A stretch of DNA of 53,906 nucleotides from a virus. Both the position numbers and the translations under genes were made by a program. Positions 25,901-34,336 of the stretch are shown piece after piece. The notes beneath the pieces are model-generated. The model searched no databases and was not told the origin of the DNA. It saw only the letters and a list, made by a program, of their open reading frames with translations. The DNA lies in the IMG/VR virus record IMGVR_UViG_3300033111_000121, positions 1-53,906 of that record, one strand, 5' to 3'. Within the stretch, counting starts at the first letter, position 1. Every line of letters begins with the position of its first letter.

Positions 25901-28900
25901 TGATCGAGGCGTCCAAGCAGTACCCTGAGCCTGTCAGGCGCGAGTGGGAGAAGATCGCCGACTCCCTCGGGGAGATCAATCAGAAGTACGACCTGTCCCT
26001 GTCCTTCGGGCGCTCGGGCGACAGCGAGATCCCCAAGATCCTTTTCCGCCTCAGGCAGCAGGAGTCGGCCGGGATCGGCCGCGCCGGTCAGGCTGCCATT
26101 GCCGGCGCTGGGCTCCTGGGTGCTGGCGCTTTCCTGGGACCCGAGGAGGCCGAGGCTCAGAGCGGTCGTGCCTTCTGGCAACAGGTAGCGAAGCGGATGG
26201 CCCGCGAGCGCGATCCTCACCAGTGGACCCCGGCGTACATCTCGGGAGGTGCGATCCCCGAGGACGCGACCCTCGAGCAGATTATGAAGCACACCGGCGT
26301 CAAGGGCCTGCTCGAGCGGACGCCGGGGCTCGATCCGATGGTCTTCCAGGGGTTCCCAGGCGGTCAGGGCTTCTGGGCGATGGCCCAGGAGGAGCAGGGT
26401 CGACAGGTGGGCGAGGCCTTCCTGAGGCGCTACGAGAAGAGCAAGAAGCACGGTACCGGAGATCCCCTGACTCCTGCCATGGCAGGGCTCGACGAGGGGC
26501 CTGGGTTCCTCGAGGGCGCGGTCGGCAGCATCCCAGGGGTGATTGGTATCGAGCTGGCTTTCGACGCGGCAGCCCGCCGCCTGGGGCTGTACGACAGGGC
26601 TGGTAGAGGGACTCAGGCGCTAGGGGCGCACCTCACCCGCCAGGGAAGCCTGCTGGGGCGCGTGGGGGCGGCTGGAGGCCTCCTGGGGAGGATTCCTGCG
26701 GGTGCCAGGGCGATCATCGGAGGGACGGGTCCTATCGGCCTGGGAATCGGCGGCGGCATGGCTGCCTGGGGTCTCATCAAGGGTTGGGCTGCTCGAGCCG
26801 ACCGGGGGCGTACAAGAGAAAACAGGCTCCATCAGATCGAGCAGGAGGCATTCAGGCTTCAAGAGCTTGTTGACGTTGCTCCTGGCTATCGCGGAACCAG
26901 GGCCGAGAAGCAGTTCGTTGGTGATCTGAACCTTCGTGAGCATTCCATCGACACTCTCGTAAGGATGGGTAGGACAAGAGGGTTTGCCGAAGAGAAGTGG
27001 TGGGAGTTCCTTGGTCCTTCTCTTGGTCTTGGTGGTACTGATTTCGAGGGCGACTTCGGTAGAGGGTTCTTGAAGGCCATGGAGGAGAACGAAGAGTTCA
27101 AGAACAGGCTATTCGAGTTCAGTCCTGTTGGTGGTGACGATGCCCTTATCAGGGTCATCAGCGATCTTGAGAGAAAGATCTCTGAACAGAATGAGATGGT
27201 GTCTCTGCTTGCGAGCAACTTGAGTGTTCGCAAAGAAGAGCTTGATGCTATCCTTGCCGGTGGCTTCGAGGGTAGAACCGATGCAGGGTACACCACTCTT
27301 GGTGAGGCTTTGACTGCGGCCGCTGGGGCTGGCATCTCCTATGAGCAAGGACTTGAGAACCTCAATGCTGTTGCAACCATCATGGCTCCGTTTGGCAAGG
27401 ACCGCTTCCGTGCTGTTGATGCGAAACTCCCCAAGCACCTTGCCGATGTGTTTGAGGCTGCTGGCATGGCTCAGTCAACTATTGATGAGTTGACAAAGGG
27501 TATTGGCTTTGCGGAAGAGTGGAAGGATGCACCAGAGCCTCCAAGAGCTTACGGCATGATTGTTCAGAGGCCTGATCCTGATCAGCTTGAGAAGGCAAGG
27601 GACATGCTCGCCCGCATGGATCCCAGGTTTGCGGCGACTCAGTTCATGCAGGATATGTTCGACGAGGCTGTACTTCCTTCCTATGAGTCCTGGGGGAGGG
27701 CAGGACACTTTGAATGGCGTCGTGAACATACAGCTCAGGCAATGATGGAAGGGATGGGCGTGACTTCGTTCATTGATCGAGGTCTTGATTTTGCCACTCC
27801 TGATAAGCGCATTGCCAAGAACCTCGAAGAACTTGACGAGTCTTACGAGATCGCTCTTGATGGCATCAGGAAGATTGCTGCCAAGAATGTGATCACTCCT
27901 GAGGAAGCAGCGGCAAGAACCGCAGAGGTAGACAAGGCCTACGAAAACATCAGAGACAGTATGACTGGTGGAATCGACGAGTTCATCGATCAGGCGCGTA
28001 GCCTGCTACCTTTGGGTGAGCAGATGGAGAGGTCTTACGAGGATCTTGCTGAGCTTAGAGACAACGCCATCGCTATTGCCGAGAGGTTGTTTACCGGAAC
28101 CGAGTTGAGTTCCAAGGTTGCTGCAATCCAGAGGTCGTTCAATCTCCAGGTGGAAGCTATTGGAGATGGCGTGGTCGATTCGTTTGTCGATGCTGCCGAT
28201 GGATTCAGGCCAACAGCGGAACAGTTCGACATCTCTGCTGCTCGCATCATGGAGCAGTATTGGGATGCGGTAAGCGTTGAAGGTGGAAGGACAGCAGAGA
28301 TCGACCTGTCCCGAGACCTGCAACTGAGAGGGTTGAGAGAAGGTCAGGTTCAAGACTTCATGGCCTCGGCCTTTGACCTTCTGCCCCTTGAGGAGCAGTT
28401 CCAGGAGCTTGTTGATCAGCTTGAGGAAGAGACGGAACTGACCAAGACCAATATCGAGAGGATGTTCTCAGAGGGAACCATCGATTCCGTAAGGGCTCTC
28501 GAGGATCTTGCCGAGGCAGACAGACGCTACGCCCTTCGTCTCAAGGCACTACAGGTTCAGTTCGAGGAGAGAGAGGTCCCCCTCCCCAGGCCGGCCGGCG
28601 TCTTCTCTGGGTTTGCTTACGACTACACTGAGCTTATCAAGGAGAGAGATCTCATTGGGCGCTCGAGAGCCTTTGCTCCTGGTGAGGAAGCTGCCTACGA
28701 TGCGTACCTTCAACAGATCAACAGGGCTCGCTTGGATACCGCTCTACAGATGGGCTTCCAGTCTCTTGGTGGAGCTGTAGGAGTCATTCCAGATCTCAAC
28801 AGGCTTGGTAGCGCCATACCTGCTCTTGGTCAACTCCCCGACCTGTGGAGAGACATGAAGCAGATGGCGGCCATGACACCCGATGACATGCGAGCTGCGG

Positions 28901-31900
28901 GGCTCACTCCGGGTCAGGCCAGGGCTCAGCAGGTAGCCACGGGAGCCGCGTTCGGGTCCACCATCGGTCAGGCGGTGGGTCTTGCCGCAGAGAGGCCCTA
29001 CGCGGGTCTGGGAGGCACTCTGGGTGGCGCTGTGGGCTCGCTCTGGGGTCCTCTTGGAACTCTGATCGGTACGCTCATCGGAACCGGGCTCGGATCCCTG
29101 GTCAAGCAGGGCAAGGATGAGGGTCTCGCTTCGATTGGTGGAGGCTATGGCACCTGGGCGTACATGACGAAGGACGAGAAGGGTCTGGGTGGTGCGGCCA
29201 AGGACATCGGAACGGCGGCGCTCCAGGGCTTCGAGGACGCCCTCGACATCCTCAATCTCGAGCTTTCCGGCCAGATCCCCGCCCTGTCCATCAAGGTTCG
29301 GGACGGCCTGTACACCATCTTCATCGGCAACTACCGGGGCGTGTTCAGGGATGCCAACGACGCCATCGCCGCCGCGATCCAGCAGCTCCTCAGCTACTCC
29401 GACTTCCAGGGGGACGTTGGCTACAACGCCCGCATCCTGACCCAGGGGCGCTTCAATGACGCCCAGGAGTTCGAGAGGGCTGTCAGCGCCATAGCGAAGA
29501 TCGCGGAGTTCGAGCGGGAGCTGAACTTCTCCGACGCCGGACTCGCCCTGGATGACTTCATTCGGGACATCAAGCGGGCCGCTCGGGAGATTGATGAGCT
29601 GGGTGGCAGCGCGGCGGCCGCCTACGCCATGGGAGGCCAGACGATTCTTGACCGCTTCGCCGACTTCCGGGGCTGGGATACGCGGTACGACGAGGCGCAG
29701 CGCTACAAGGACGATCTCAATCAGCAGCGCCAGGACTACATCGATTGGTTGCTCGAGCAGTATGACGAGCTGAACAGGCAGGCAGTGGAACGTGGTGAGG
29801 GTGGATTGCCGGGAGGTCCTCCTGATCGCCGCGCTGATCGTGAATCCTGGGATGAGTGGGCCAGAGATCTCGAGAGGGAGTACCAAGCGATCCCCGAGGA
29901 CACGGAGGATCCGGCGCTTCAGCGCCGCCGTGAGGACCTCGAGCTGCTCCTCGATTGGATCGAGAAGCTGACCGGCCTTCCAGCCCTCACCGATGCCGAC
30001 GCACGGCGTTACGCGGAAGGGATCACTAGGCAGGGAGAGATCGAGGATCGGGATTCGTTCCTGGCTCGCATGGGCGGTCGGGAGTTGGGGATGAGAGGAG
30101 GTCATCCGATCTGGAGGTTTGCCGATGGCGATCCGTTCTCCGAGATCCTGCTCGACTTCGAGAGGGACATGCTCCAGTTGGATGAGCTTCACAGGGCGTT
30201 CCCCGGCTTCTCCGAGGAGCTGGAGAAGGCGCGGCAGAACCTCGTCAGGCTCAAGAACGAGGGGCTCGCCGATCTCGGCAACCAGCTCCTTGGAGTGCTC
30301 GATCCCAACTGGAACTTCCTCCAGGGATTGAGGGACGGTCTGGAGGCCCTGGATCTGCTCAGGAACAACGCGGACGTGTTGCAGCAGTTGGGCTTGGATC
30401 CTTCGGAGATCGAGCGCTCAGGAGGCGTGTGGGCTCGCAACAACGTCCTCGACGTGTCGAGGTCTCTTGCCCAGGCCATCGGCAACCAGGACATCCTCAA
30501 CGAGCTACAGGCCCACGAACGACAGCTCCAGATCCAGGATTACGTTCAGAGGATTGAGTGGCTCAGGAACATGGGCGTGGTCTCAGGAGAGGTTGCCGAC
30601 AAGCTCAAGGACATTGCTCAGGTGGTCGAGGAGTCCCTGGGAGATGAGGACGTACAGCGCCGGCTCGACCCCAGGTACCAGCAGTCCATCGACATCCGAG
30701 ATCAGCTCAGGTACCAGGGCGATGCGCCGTTTAGGCGGTCCCTCCAGGAGTACGCCGATCAGGTGGCGACGATCCGCAAGTACCTCTTGCCCGAGGACTA
30801 CGCGGACCTGCTGCCGGAAGGAGAGATGAGCCCAGCCGAGAGACGGCTCAGGATAGACTACGCACGGCCGTACAGAGACGCTCTGCGGACGATCAGGTAC
30901 TCGGGGGACCTGGGATACCTGAGTCCCTACGATCGGATCGAGAAGCTCTCTGAGGAGTTCTTCGGGATTGCCGGCGAGGGAGTGCTTGGGTCTCGAGCAG
31001 ACGAACTTCCTGGCCTTGGTGAGAACCTGTTGAGAGAGATGGCCGCCGCTTATCCTGTTGGGTCTGCTCCGTATCAAGCTGTTCATGACAGGGTTGCTTC
31101 TGTTCTTGATGAGTTCAAGACAGACATTGAAGAGAAGTCTCTTGAAGAGCTTGGTATTGAGGGCAACGATCTCCTTACTCAGTTGGTCAACCTTGGAGAG
31201 AAGGCAGAAGAGCAGCTCAGAGAGTATTGGGGAGAGCTGTTCAAGTTGCTTGGTGATGGTCTTCCTGCTCCTGATAGACCTATTCCAGATGGTGGAACTA
31301 GGCCACAGCAACCTCCTATTGGTCAACCTCATAAGGTTTTTGATCCAAGAGACATAGATCTTACTGGCAAGGTTGGTGGAGTTGAGCTTTCCAAGAGGTT
31401 GTCTGCGCTAAAAATTCATCCTGCGGATCTTGATAACAGTGGGGCTCTTAGTGAATCTGAGATAGACAGGTGGGTCGAGTACGTTGGTCAGTGGGTTGGC
31501 CCTGATGGTGTAATCAAACAGATACCAAGATGGCAGAAATGGCTTGCTGATCATGGTATCTATACCCATATAAGCAGGGAAGAATTTCAGCATGGCTACA
31601 CTGAGTACGACACTCCAAGGCCTGGGCCAAGAGTTCCTTGGTATGTTACTCTTCCTCCAGAAAACCCAGATACTTTGTATTCTACAAGAGACTTCGATCT
31701 TAGTGGAAGAGTTGGTGGAGTTGAGTTGAAATCTATGTTTGATTACCTCACCCATCATCCTGGAGACAGAGATAAGAGTGGTGGCCTTAGTCAATGGGAA
31801 GTTCAAAAGTGGACTGAGATTGTCGGCAGGTTCCTTGATGATTCGGGTAACTACATAGATGTCCCCTACTGGCAAAAGTGGTTGGCCGAGAAGGGTGCTT

Positions 31901-32151
31901 ACGACCATCTCTCCCCAGAGGAGTTCTTGGCTGGATTTACTCCCTATGTTATTCCGAAACCTCCAGGTCCTCGTGTTGATGTTCACAGGGAACCTATTCC
32001 GCCTGCATCAACTCGTGGAGCTTTTGCGACAGAGCTTTTGCCTGGACTCTCAGAGAGTAGAAGTCAGAAACAGATAGAAGTTTCCCAGGAACAGCTTGTC
32101 GTGTTGAAGAAGCTCCTCGATGTTGCAGAGTCGCAGGGTCGAGTGGTATAG
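22966..32151 (+). CDS. Tape measure protein, 3061 aa
   Basis: Uninterrupted ORF directly after the G/GT pair. It has long helical regions and several Gly/Ala-rich hydrophobic segments. No enzymatic domain was recognised by eye. Confidence 0.8.
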   Translation: MADDVRFNVVTNVKARGFVEVASGFYLVQSAAQLAWGGVSLVRREMDKSLDTFREYEIGLIQVGKVAGIEGERLRSMGDDLDYLRTKLAKTRKDVYDSAVAAARLGLQDDQEITRLVELSLRLSKTSDLQPNDGVRILARSSAISGESLTRHMESVANVISELGDNVAASESEISGLHLEVLKGTAAWETSQRQAAAYAATLAEFNVQAEVAGTAMGKLFRRMEQGVRFPTSSIGVALQELTGMDAKQLRTLYEQSPSNVVNLVMQTIGEQFRSGEGPRPYVIGLMAELGLQSERQAKALLPMFTNPDRFQKAMEIAFSQDPAVFEKSARTERTAFHQQKAFEEHVALFRRDIGEQLQPHMSEFWISMQRILSQQDPQVIAERFANALELVLLGIEKGASMLEGVMDFMDWFGTPALIAAGGYGAFRGVKAGGKALFGKPTVEASMGRAGVMDLTVQRGGMFMGPYYDDLVKREADMRRSSLMAVEMRKDYSLSGMNEEEISSRMGKVFDEMYKDPSKIAGYTDHRAFMKDFDRDWESILQKRDSRLHYMERQANKEQVKDAAKASQDVAEQSGSRDVLKMLGIGGAMAGGAALLAPGEAEASGLRLLVKLAGREGREFASKREAWDYVLDNPGLGGVVRQGEEVLWSGRAPSRAAWEAQQMARGGQFQYDMPEAEEIARSITGQRGEGWSRFQEFEEQLDNAFFSDDFNNIASGEWTLIKHGDVVEMEKASEMFGERARGILQAEAAYGGQREATQALGERLEGYAAEARRYTQEAVSVHGRPGTLAERFAAADADVAASAGRAAPTRVSMEEALEDIRQRDFEELLEMIGSQPSLAQGIPSGRGRLGASPLARFLEGGDLGRAGMSPAARAASEAASERRFLSSLEEFQGASMEDLLERASTSYRTDLAARGRTAEQIEASFARWSEQPDFFRAQRARPVAEAGDPSLVIPEFLSGARSRAFTPLSDDQIESLSGRLIEASKQYPEPVRREWEKIADSLGEINQKYDLSLSFGRSGDSEIPKILFRLRQQESAGIGRAGQAAIAGAGLLGAGAFLGPEEAEAQSGRAFWQQVAKRMARERDPHQWTPAYISGGAIPEDATLEQIMKHTGVKGLLERTPGLDPMVFQGFPGGQGFWAMAQEEQGRQVGEAFLRRYEKSKKHGTGDPLTPAMAGLDEGPGFLEGAVGSIPGVIGIELAFDAAARRLGLYDRAGRGTQALGAHLTRQGSLLGRVGAAGGLLGRIPAGARAIIGGTGPIGLGIGGGMAAWGLIKGWAARADRGRTRENRLHQIEQEAFRLQELVDVAPGYRGTRAEKQFVGDLNLREHSIDTLVRMGRTRGFAEEKWWEFLGPSLGLGGTDFEGDFGRGFLKAMEENEEFKNRLFEFSPVGGDDALIRVISDLERKISEQNEMVSLLASNLSVRKEELDAILAGGFEGRTDAGYTTLGEALTAAAGAGISYEQGLENLNAVATIMAPFGKDRFRAVDAKLPKHLADVFEAAGMAQSTIDELTKGIGFAEEWKDAPEPPRAYGMIVQRPDPDQLEKARDMLARMDPRFAATQFMQDMFDEAVLPSYESWGRAGHFEWRREHTAQAMMEGMGVTSFIDRGLDFATPDKRIAKNLEELDESYEIALDGIRKIAAKNVITPEEAAARTAEVDKAYENIRDSMTGGIDEFIDQARSLLPLGEQMERSYEDLAELRDNAIAIAERLFTGTELSSKVAAIQRSFNLQVEAIGDGVVDSFVDAADGFRPTAEQFDISAARIMEQYWDAVSVEGGRTAEIDLSRDLQLRGLREGQVQDFMASAFDLLPLEEQFQELVDQLEEETELTKTNIERMFSEGTIDSVRALEDLAEADRRYALRLKALQVQFEEREVPLPRPAGVFSGFAYDYTELIKERDLIGRSRAFAPGEEAAYDAYLQQINRARLDTALQMGFQSLGGAVGVIPDLNRLGSAIPALGQLPDLWRDMKQMAAMTPDDMRAAGLTPGQARAQQVATGAAFGSTIGQAVGLAAERPYAGLGGTLGGAVGSLWGPLGTLIGTLIGTGLGSLVKQGKDEGLASIGGGYGTWAYMTKDEKGLGGAAKDIGTAALQGFEDALDILNLELSGQIPALSIKVRDGLYTIFIGNYRGVFRDANDAIAAAIQQLLSYSDFQGDVGYNARILTQGRFNDAQEFERAVSAIAKIAEFERELNFSDAGLALDDFIRDIKRAAREIDELGGSAAAAYAMGGQTILDRFADFRGWDTRYDEAQRYKDDLNQQRQDYIDWLLEQYDELNRQAVERGEGGLPGGPPDRRADRESWDEWARDLEREYQAIPEDTEDPALQRRREDLELLLDWIEKLTGLPALTDADARRYAEGITRQGEIEDRDSFLARMGGRELGMRGGHPIWRFADGDPFSEILLDFERDMLQLDELHRAFPGFSEELEKARQNLVRLKNEGLADLGNQLLGVLDPNWNFLQGLRDGLEALDLLRNNADVLQQLGLDPSEIERSGGVWARNNVLDVSRSLAQAIGNQDILNELQAHERQLQIQDYVQRIEWLRNMGVVSGEVADKLKDIAQVVEESLGDEDVQRRLDPRYQQSIDIRDQLRYQGDAPFRRSLQEYADQVATIRKYLLPEDYADLLPEGEMSPAERRLRIDYARPYRDALRTIRYSGDLGYLSPYDRIEKLSEEFFGIAGEGVLGSRADELPGLGENLLREMAAAYPVGSAPYQAVHDRVASVLDEFKTDIEEKSLEELGIEGNDLLTQLVNLGEKAEEQLREYWGELFKLLGDGLPAPDRPIPDGGTRPQQPPIGQPHKVFDPRDIDLTGKVGGVELSKRLSALKIHPADLDNSGALSESEIDRWVEYVGQWVGPDGVIKQIPRWQKWLADHGIYTHISREEFQHGYTEYDTPRPGPRVPWYVTLPPENPDTLYSTRDFDLSGRVGGVELKSMFDYLTHHPGDRDKSGGLSQWEVQKWTEIVGRFLDDSGNYIDVPYWQKWLAEKGAYDHLSPEEFLAGFTPYVIPKPPGPRVDVHREPIPPASTRGAFATELLPGLSESRSQKQIEVSQEQLVVLKKLLDVAESQGRVV

Positions 32152-32178
32152 TCAAACTCCAAACGAAGGAGGCATCGA

Positions 32179-32493
32179 ATGGCAGCGACAAAGGTACTGA
32201 GCGCACTGGCAGCGGCCGGCTCACATAACGGCGAGGAGTTCCAGGGAAAGGGTCCCCATGCGTTGTTCTACACGCGATCGGCCTCTTCCACTCTGACACT
32301 CCAGGTCAAGGACCCCGAGGGCAACTGGCAATCGCTCCAGGCTCTCTCGAGCGGCTCTTCTGACGGCGTGGTGATCGTGCATCTGGTTGACGGCCACGAT
32401 CACAGGGTCATCACTCCCAACGCGGGATTCGAATCCGAGGCCTGGATCAGCGAGGCCGGCGAGAATCCCTACAACTATAGTGGGGGAGTCTAA
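32179..32493 (+). CDS. Hypothetical protein, 104 aa
   Basis: ORF track; GAAGGAGG SD. Confidence 0.6.
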   Translation: MAATKVLSALAAAGSHNGEEFQGKGPHALFYTRSASSTLTLQVKDPEGNWQSLQALSSGSSDGVVIVHLVDGHDHRVITPNAGFESEAWISEAGENPYNYSGGV

Positions 32494-32494
32494 T

Positions 32495-32809
32495 ATGGAC
32501 TTCAAGCAGAGGTTTGCCCGAGCCTGGGATCGGGCGCAAGAGAAGGTCGGCGAGCTGACGGATGATGTCCGCGAGGGCGTCTCCCAGGTTCGGGTCGAGG
32601 TGGAGAGTCGCATCGACGATGCGTGGGAGTCTCCGACTGAGCGCCACCTGAGGAAGCAGGTTGGAACGATCCAGGAGGAGAAGCGTCAGGCGGAAGCCAG
32701 GGCGAACAGCCTCCGGGAGCAGGTCGACAACCTGACGGTCCAGCGGAATGTCGGCTGGGCGCTCTTCGTCGCGGCCGTGGCGACCTGCGTGATGATGTTG
32801 CTGCTGTAG
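32495..32809 (+). CDS. Coiled-coil protein with C-terminal membrane anchor, 104 aa
   Basis: ATG 32495 after GGGGGAG. C-terminal WALFVAAVATCVMMLLL. Confidence 0.6.
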   Translation: MDFKQRFARAWDRAQEKVGELTDDVREGVSQVRVEVESRIDDAWESPTERHLRKQVGTIQEEKRQAEARANSLREQVDNLTVQRNVGWALFVAAVATCVMMLLL

Positions 32810-32836
32810 TTTTTCCCCTTCTCACAACAGCAGTGT

Positions 32837-32876
32837 GAGGCCCTCGGCTGGGATTGTCGAGGGCCTCTTTGTTTGT
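32837..32876 (+). terminator. Rho-independent terminator
   Basis: GAGGCCCTCG / CGAGGGCCTC stem, 11-nt loop, then TTTGTTTGT. It lies between convergent genes. Confidence 0.75.
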
Positions 32877-33319
32877 CAGGGACCCTTCACATGAGCCCAC
32901 TTCTTGCCGTGGGCGATGTTGAAGATCGTTTGGTGGCTGACGCCGTGTTCTTTGGCGATAGACCTCATGCTCTTCTTCTTCAACAGGGATTTCTTGATCT
33001 CGAAAACCTGAGCCTCTGTGAGCTTCCGGGGCTGCCTCTTCCTCTTCACCATGTCGTCCATGTTGTTGGCGTGAGTGCCGAGGTAGAGGTGCTTCGGGTT
33101 GCAGCACGGAGGGTTGTCGCAGCGGTGGAGGACCATCATCCCCTCAGGGATGGGGCCGTTGGTCAGCTCCCATGCGATTTGGTGAGTGCCTTTGCGCCGG
33201 CCGTCAACGCGAGCTTGACCGTACTCTCCCGAGTCCTTGGACCCAGGCCATTCCCAGCACTCCTTGTTCTGCTTGGCCCTGGTCCAGAACCAGGTCTCGA
33301 ATCCCATTGGCGAGAGCAT
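32876..33319 (-). CDS. Free-standing HNH homing endonuclease (HNH_3-like plus C-terminal HTH), 147 aa
   Basis: CWEWPGSKDSGEYGQARVDGRRKGTHQIAWELTNGPIPEGMMVLHRCDNPPCCNPKHLYLGTHANN, then SIAKEHGVSHQTIFNI. Track ORF trimmed to ATG 33319. Confidence 0.8.
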   Translation of the reverse strand: MLSPMGFETWFWTRAKQNKECWEWPGSKDSGEYGQARVDGRRKGTHQIAWELTNGPIPEGMMVLHRCDNPPCCNPKHLYLGTHANNMDDMVKRKRQPRKLTEAQVFEIKKSLLKKKSMRSIAKEHGVSHQTIFNIAHGKKWAHVKGP

Positions 33320-33328
33320 AGCACAAAC

Positions 33329-33376
33329 GTCAACCTCTCCAGGAGGGGTTGACACGGCTCCCGAGTGTCCTGTAGT
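33329..33376. promoter_or_regulatory. Palindrome plus candidate rightward promoter
   Basis: 11-bp hairpin GTCAACCTCTC / GAGGGGTTGAC (one G-U pair) at 33329-33353 overlaps TTGACA (33349-33354). A 16-nt spacer then leads to TGTAGT (33371-33376). The 3-prime arm's complement is the HNH SD. Confidence 0.4.
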
Positions 33377-33439
33377 CTTGTTCCGCAACAACGGGTGGCC
33401 GACCCCCTGGCGCGGCCACCAGAAAGGAACGAGCTGGGG

Positions 33440-34336
33440 ATGGACAACTGGAAGCGCTTCATGGAGGCCTGGGAAGGGGACGATCCTCACTTCGTCCTCT
33501 GCCGCCCCGACAAGGCCCCGGCGACGGAGATCTGGAAGGAGATCAGCCCCTCCCCAGAGACCCACGGTGGCCCTGTGGGGATCGTTCCCTGGTCCATCGG
33601 ATGCGCGGTTGTCGATGTGGATGCAGGCGAGAGGGAGCGGAACCGCGTTGTGCGGTCGCTTGGCCCCCCGGCTGCCGAGATGCGGTCCATGAACGGCGGA
33701 TGGCACCTCTGGTACTGGCAGACCAAGCCCTTTACCAAGGGCAAGTTCGAGCACGGCGATCTCATCTGCTCCGGTGGCTACGTTGTGGTCACCGAGCCCG
33801 AGCGCCTGCTCGATCTACACAGCTTTGAGGGCAGGAGCCTCGATGTCAGGCGCACTCGAGATCATCGGTGTCTCGAGGCGGCCGCTGATGGGATTGGCAA
33901 GGGGACGAGGAACAACCCCTTCGTCATGGCTATCCGGTCAGCTCGCCGTGACGCCGTCGAGGCCCCTGCTCTTCAATGGGAGTTCGGATCCTCGATGCTC
34001 TTTGAGGAGCCGGACTTCTGGGTGAAGAACGGGGATGTGGCGACCGCCGCCCGCCTCGTCAACACCAACGAGCGGTTGGGATGTCCGCTCGACGCAGAGC
34101 AGCTTCGACAGCTCTGTGAGGAGGCATGCGGAGAGTTGTCTCCTGCGGCTTTGGAGGTCCTGGCTTTGGCCGGCGGCGAAACAGACCTTGGTCAGACCTC
34201 CAGGGCCGCTCACACTCTCGAGAGGGACCTCGAGATCGCCTCCATGCGCGATGACGGCTACACCTGGGCTGAGATCGGGGTGGAGTTCGAAATCGACCCC
34301 TCGACGGCTCACAGGGCCTATCAGAGGGTGGCGTGA
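33440..34336 (+). CDS. AEP-type primase-polymerase (Prim-Pol) with C-terminal HTH, 298 aa
   Basis: AEP motifs are present: I (CAVVDVDAGE), II (NGGWHLWY), III (HGDLICSGGYVVV). Track ORF trimmed to ATG 33440. Confidence 0.75.
   Translation: MDNWKRFMEAWEGDDPHFVLCRPDKAPATEIWKEISPSPETHGGPVGIVPWSIGCAVVDVDAGERERNRVVRSLGPPAAEMRSMNGGWHLWYWQTKPFTKGKFEHGDLICSGGYVVVTEPERLLDLHSFEGRSLDVRRTRDHRCLEAAADGIGKGTRNNPFVMAIRSARRDAVEAPALQWEFGSSMLFEEPDFWVKNGDVATAARLVNTNERLGCPLDAEQLRQLCEEACGELSPAALEVLALAGGETDLGQTSRAAHTLERDLEIASMRDDGYTWAEIGVEFEIDPSTAHRAYQRVA

Noticed and set aside
28744-30192. 482-aa minus-strand ORF inside the tape measure gene. Similar long antisense or off-frame ORFs occur at 25846..26451, 30583..31332, 16420..17082, 17656..18108, 19238..19894, 19306..19935, 20212..20937, 43196..44110, 46001..46816 and 47102..47803.
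   Set aside because: All lie fully inside well-supported genes in GC-rich DNA, where stop-free shadow frames are expected. Their products are Arg/Pro/Gly/Ser-rich and lack SD sequences.
32502-33107. 201-aa minus-strand ORF spanning the end of gene 32495..32809, the terminator and the HNH gene
   Set aside because: It crosses a strong terminator hairpin, is out of frame with the HNH domain, and has an Arg/Pro-rich product.
33320-33754. Long N-terminal extension of the HNH ORF (to 33754) and of the prim-pol ORF (33365..33439)
   Set aside because: The two extensions overlap each other on opposite strands. The conserved domains begin at ATG 33319 and ATG 33440 respectively.
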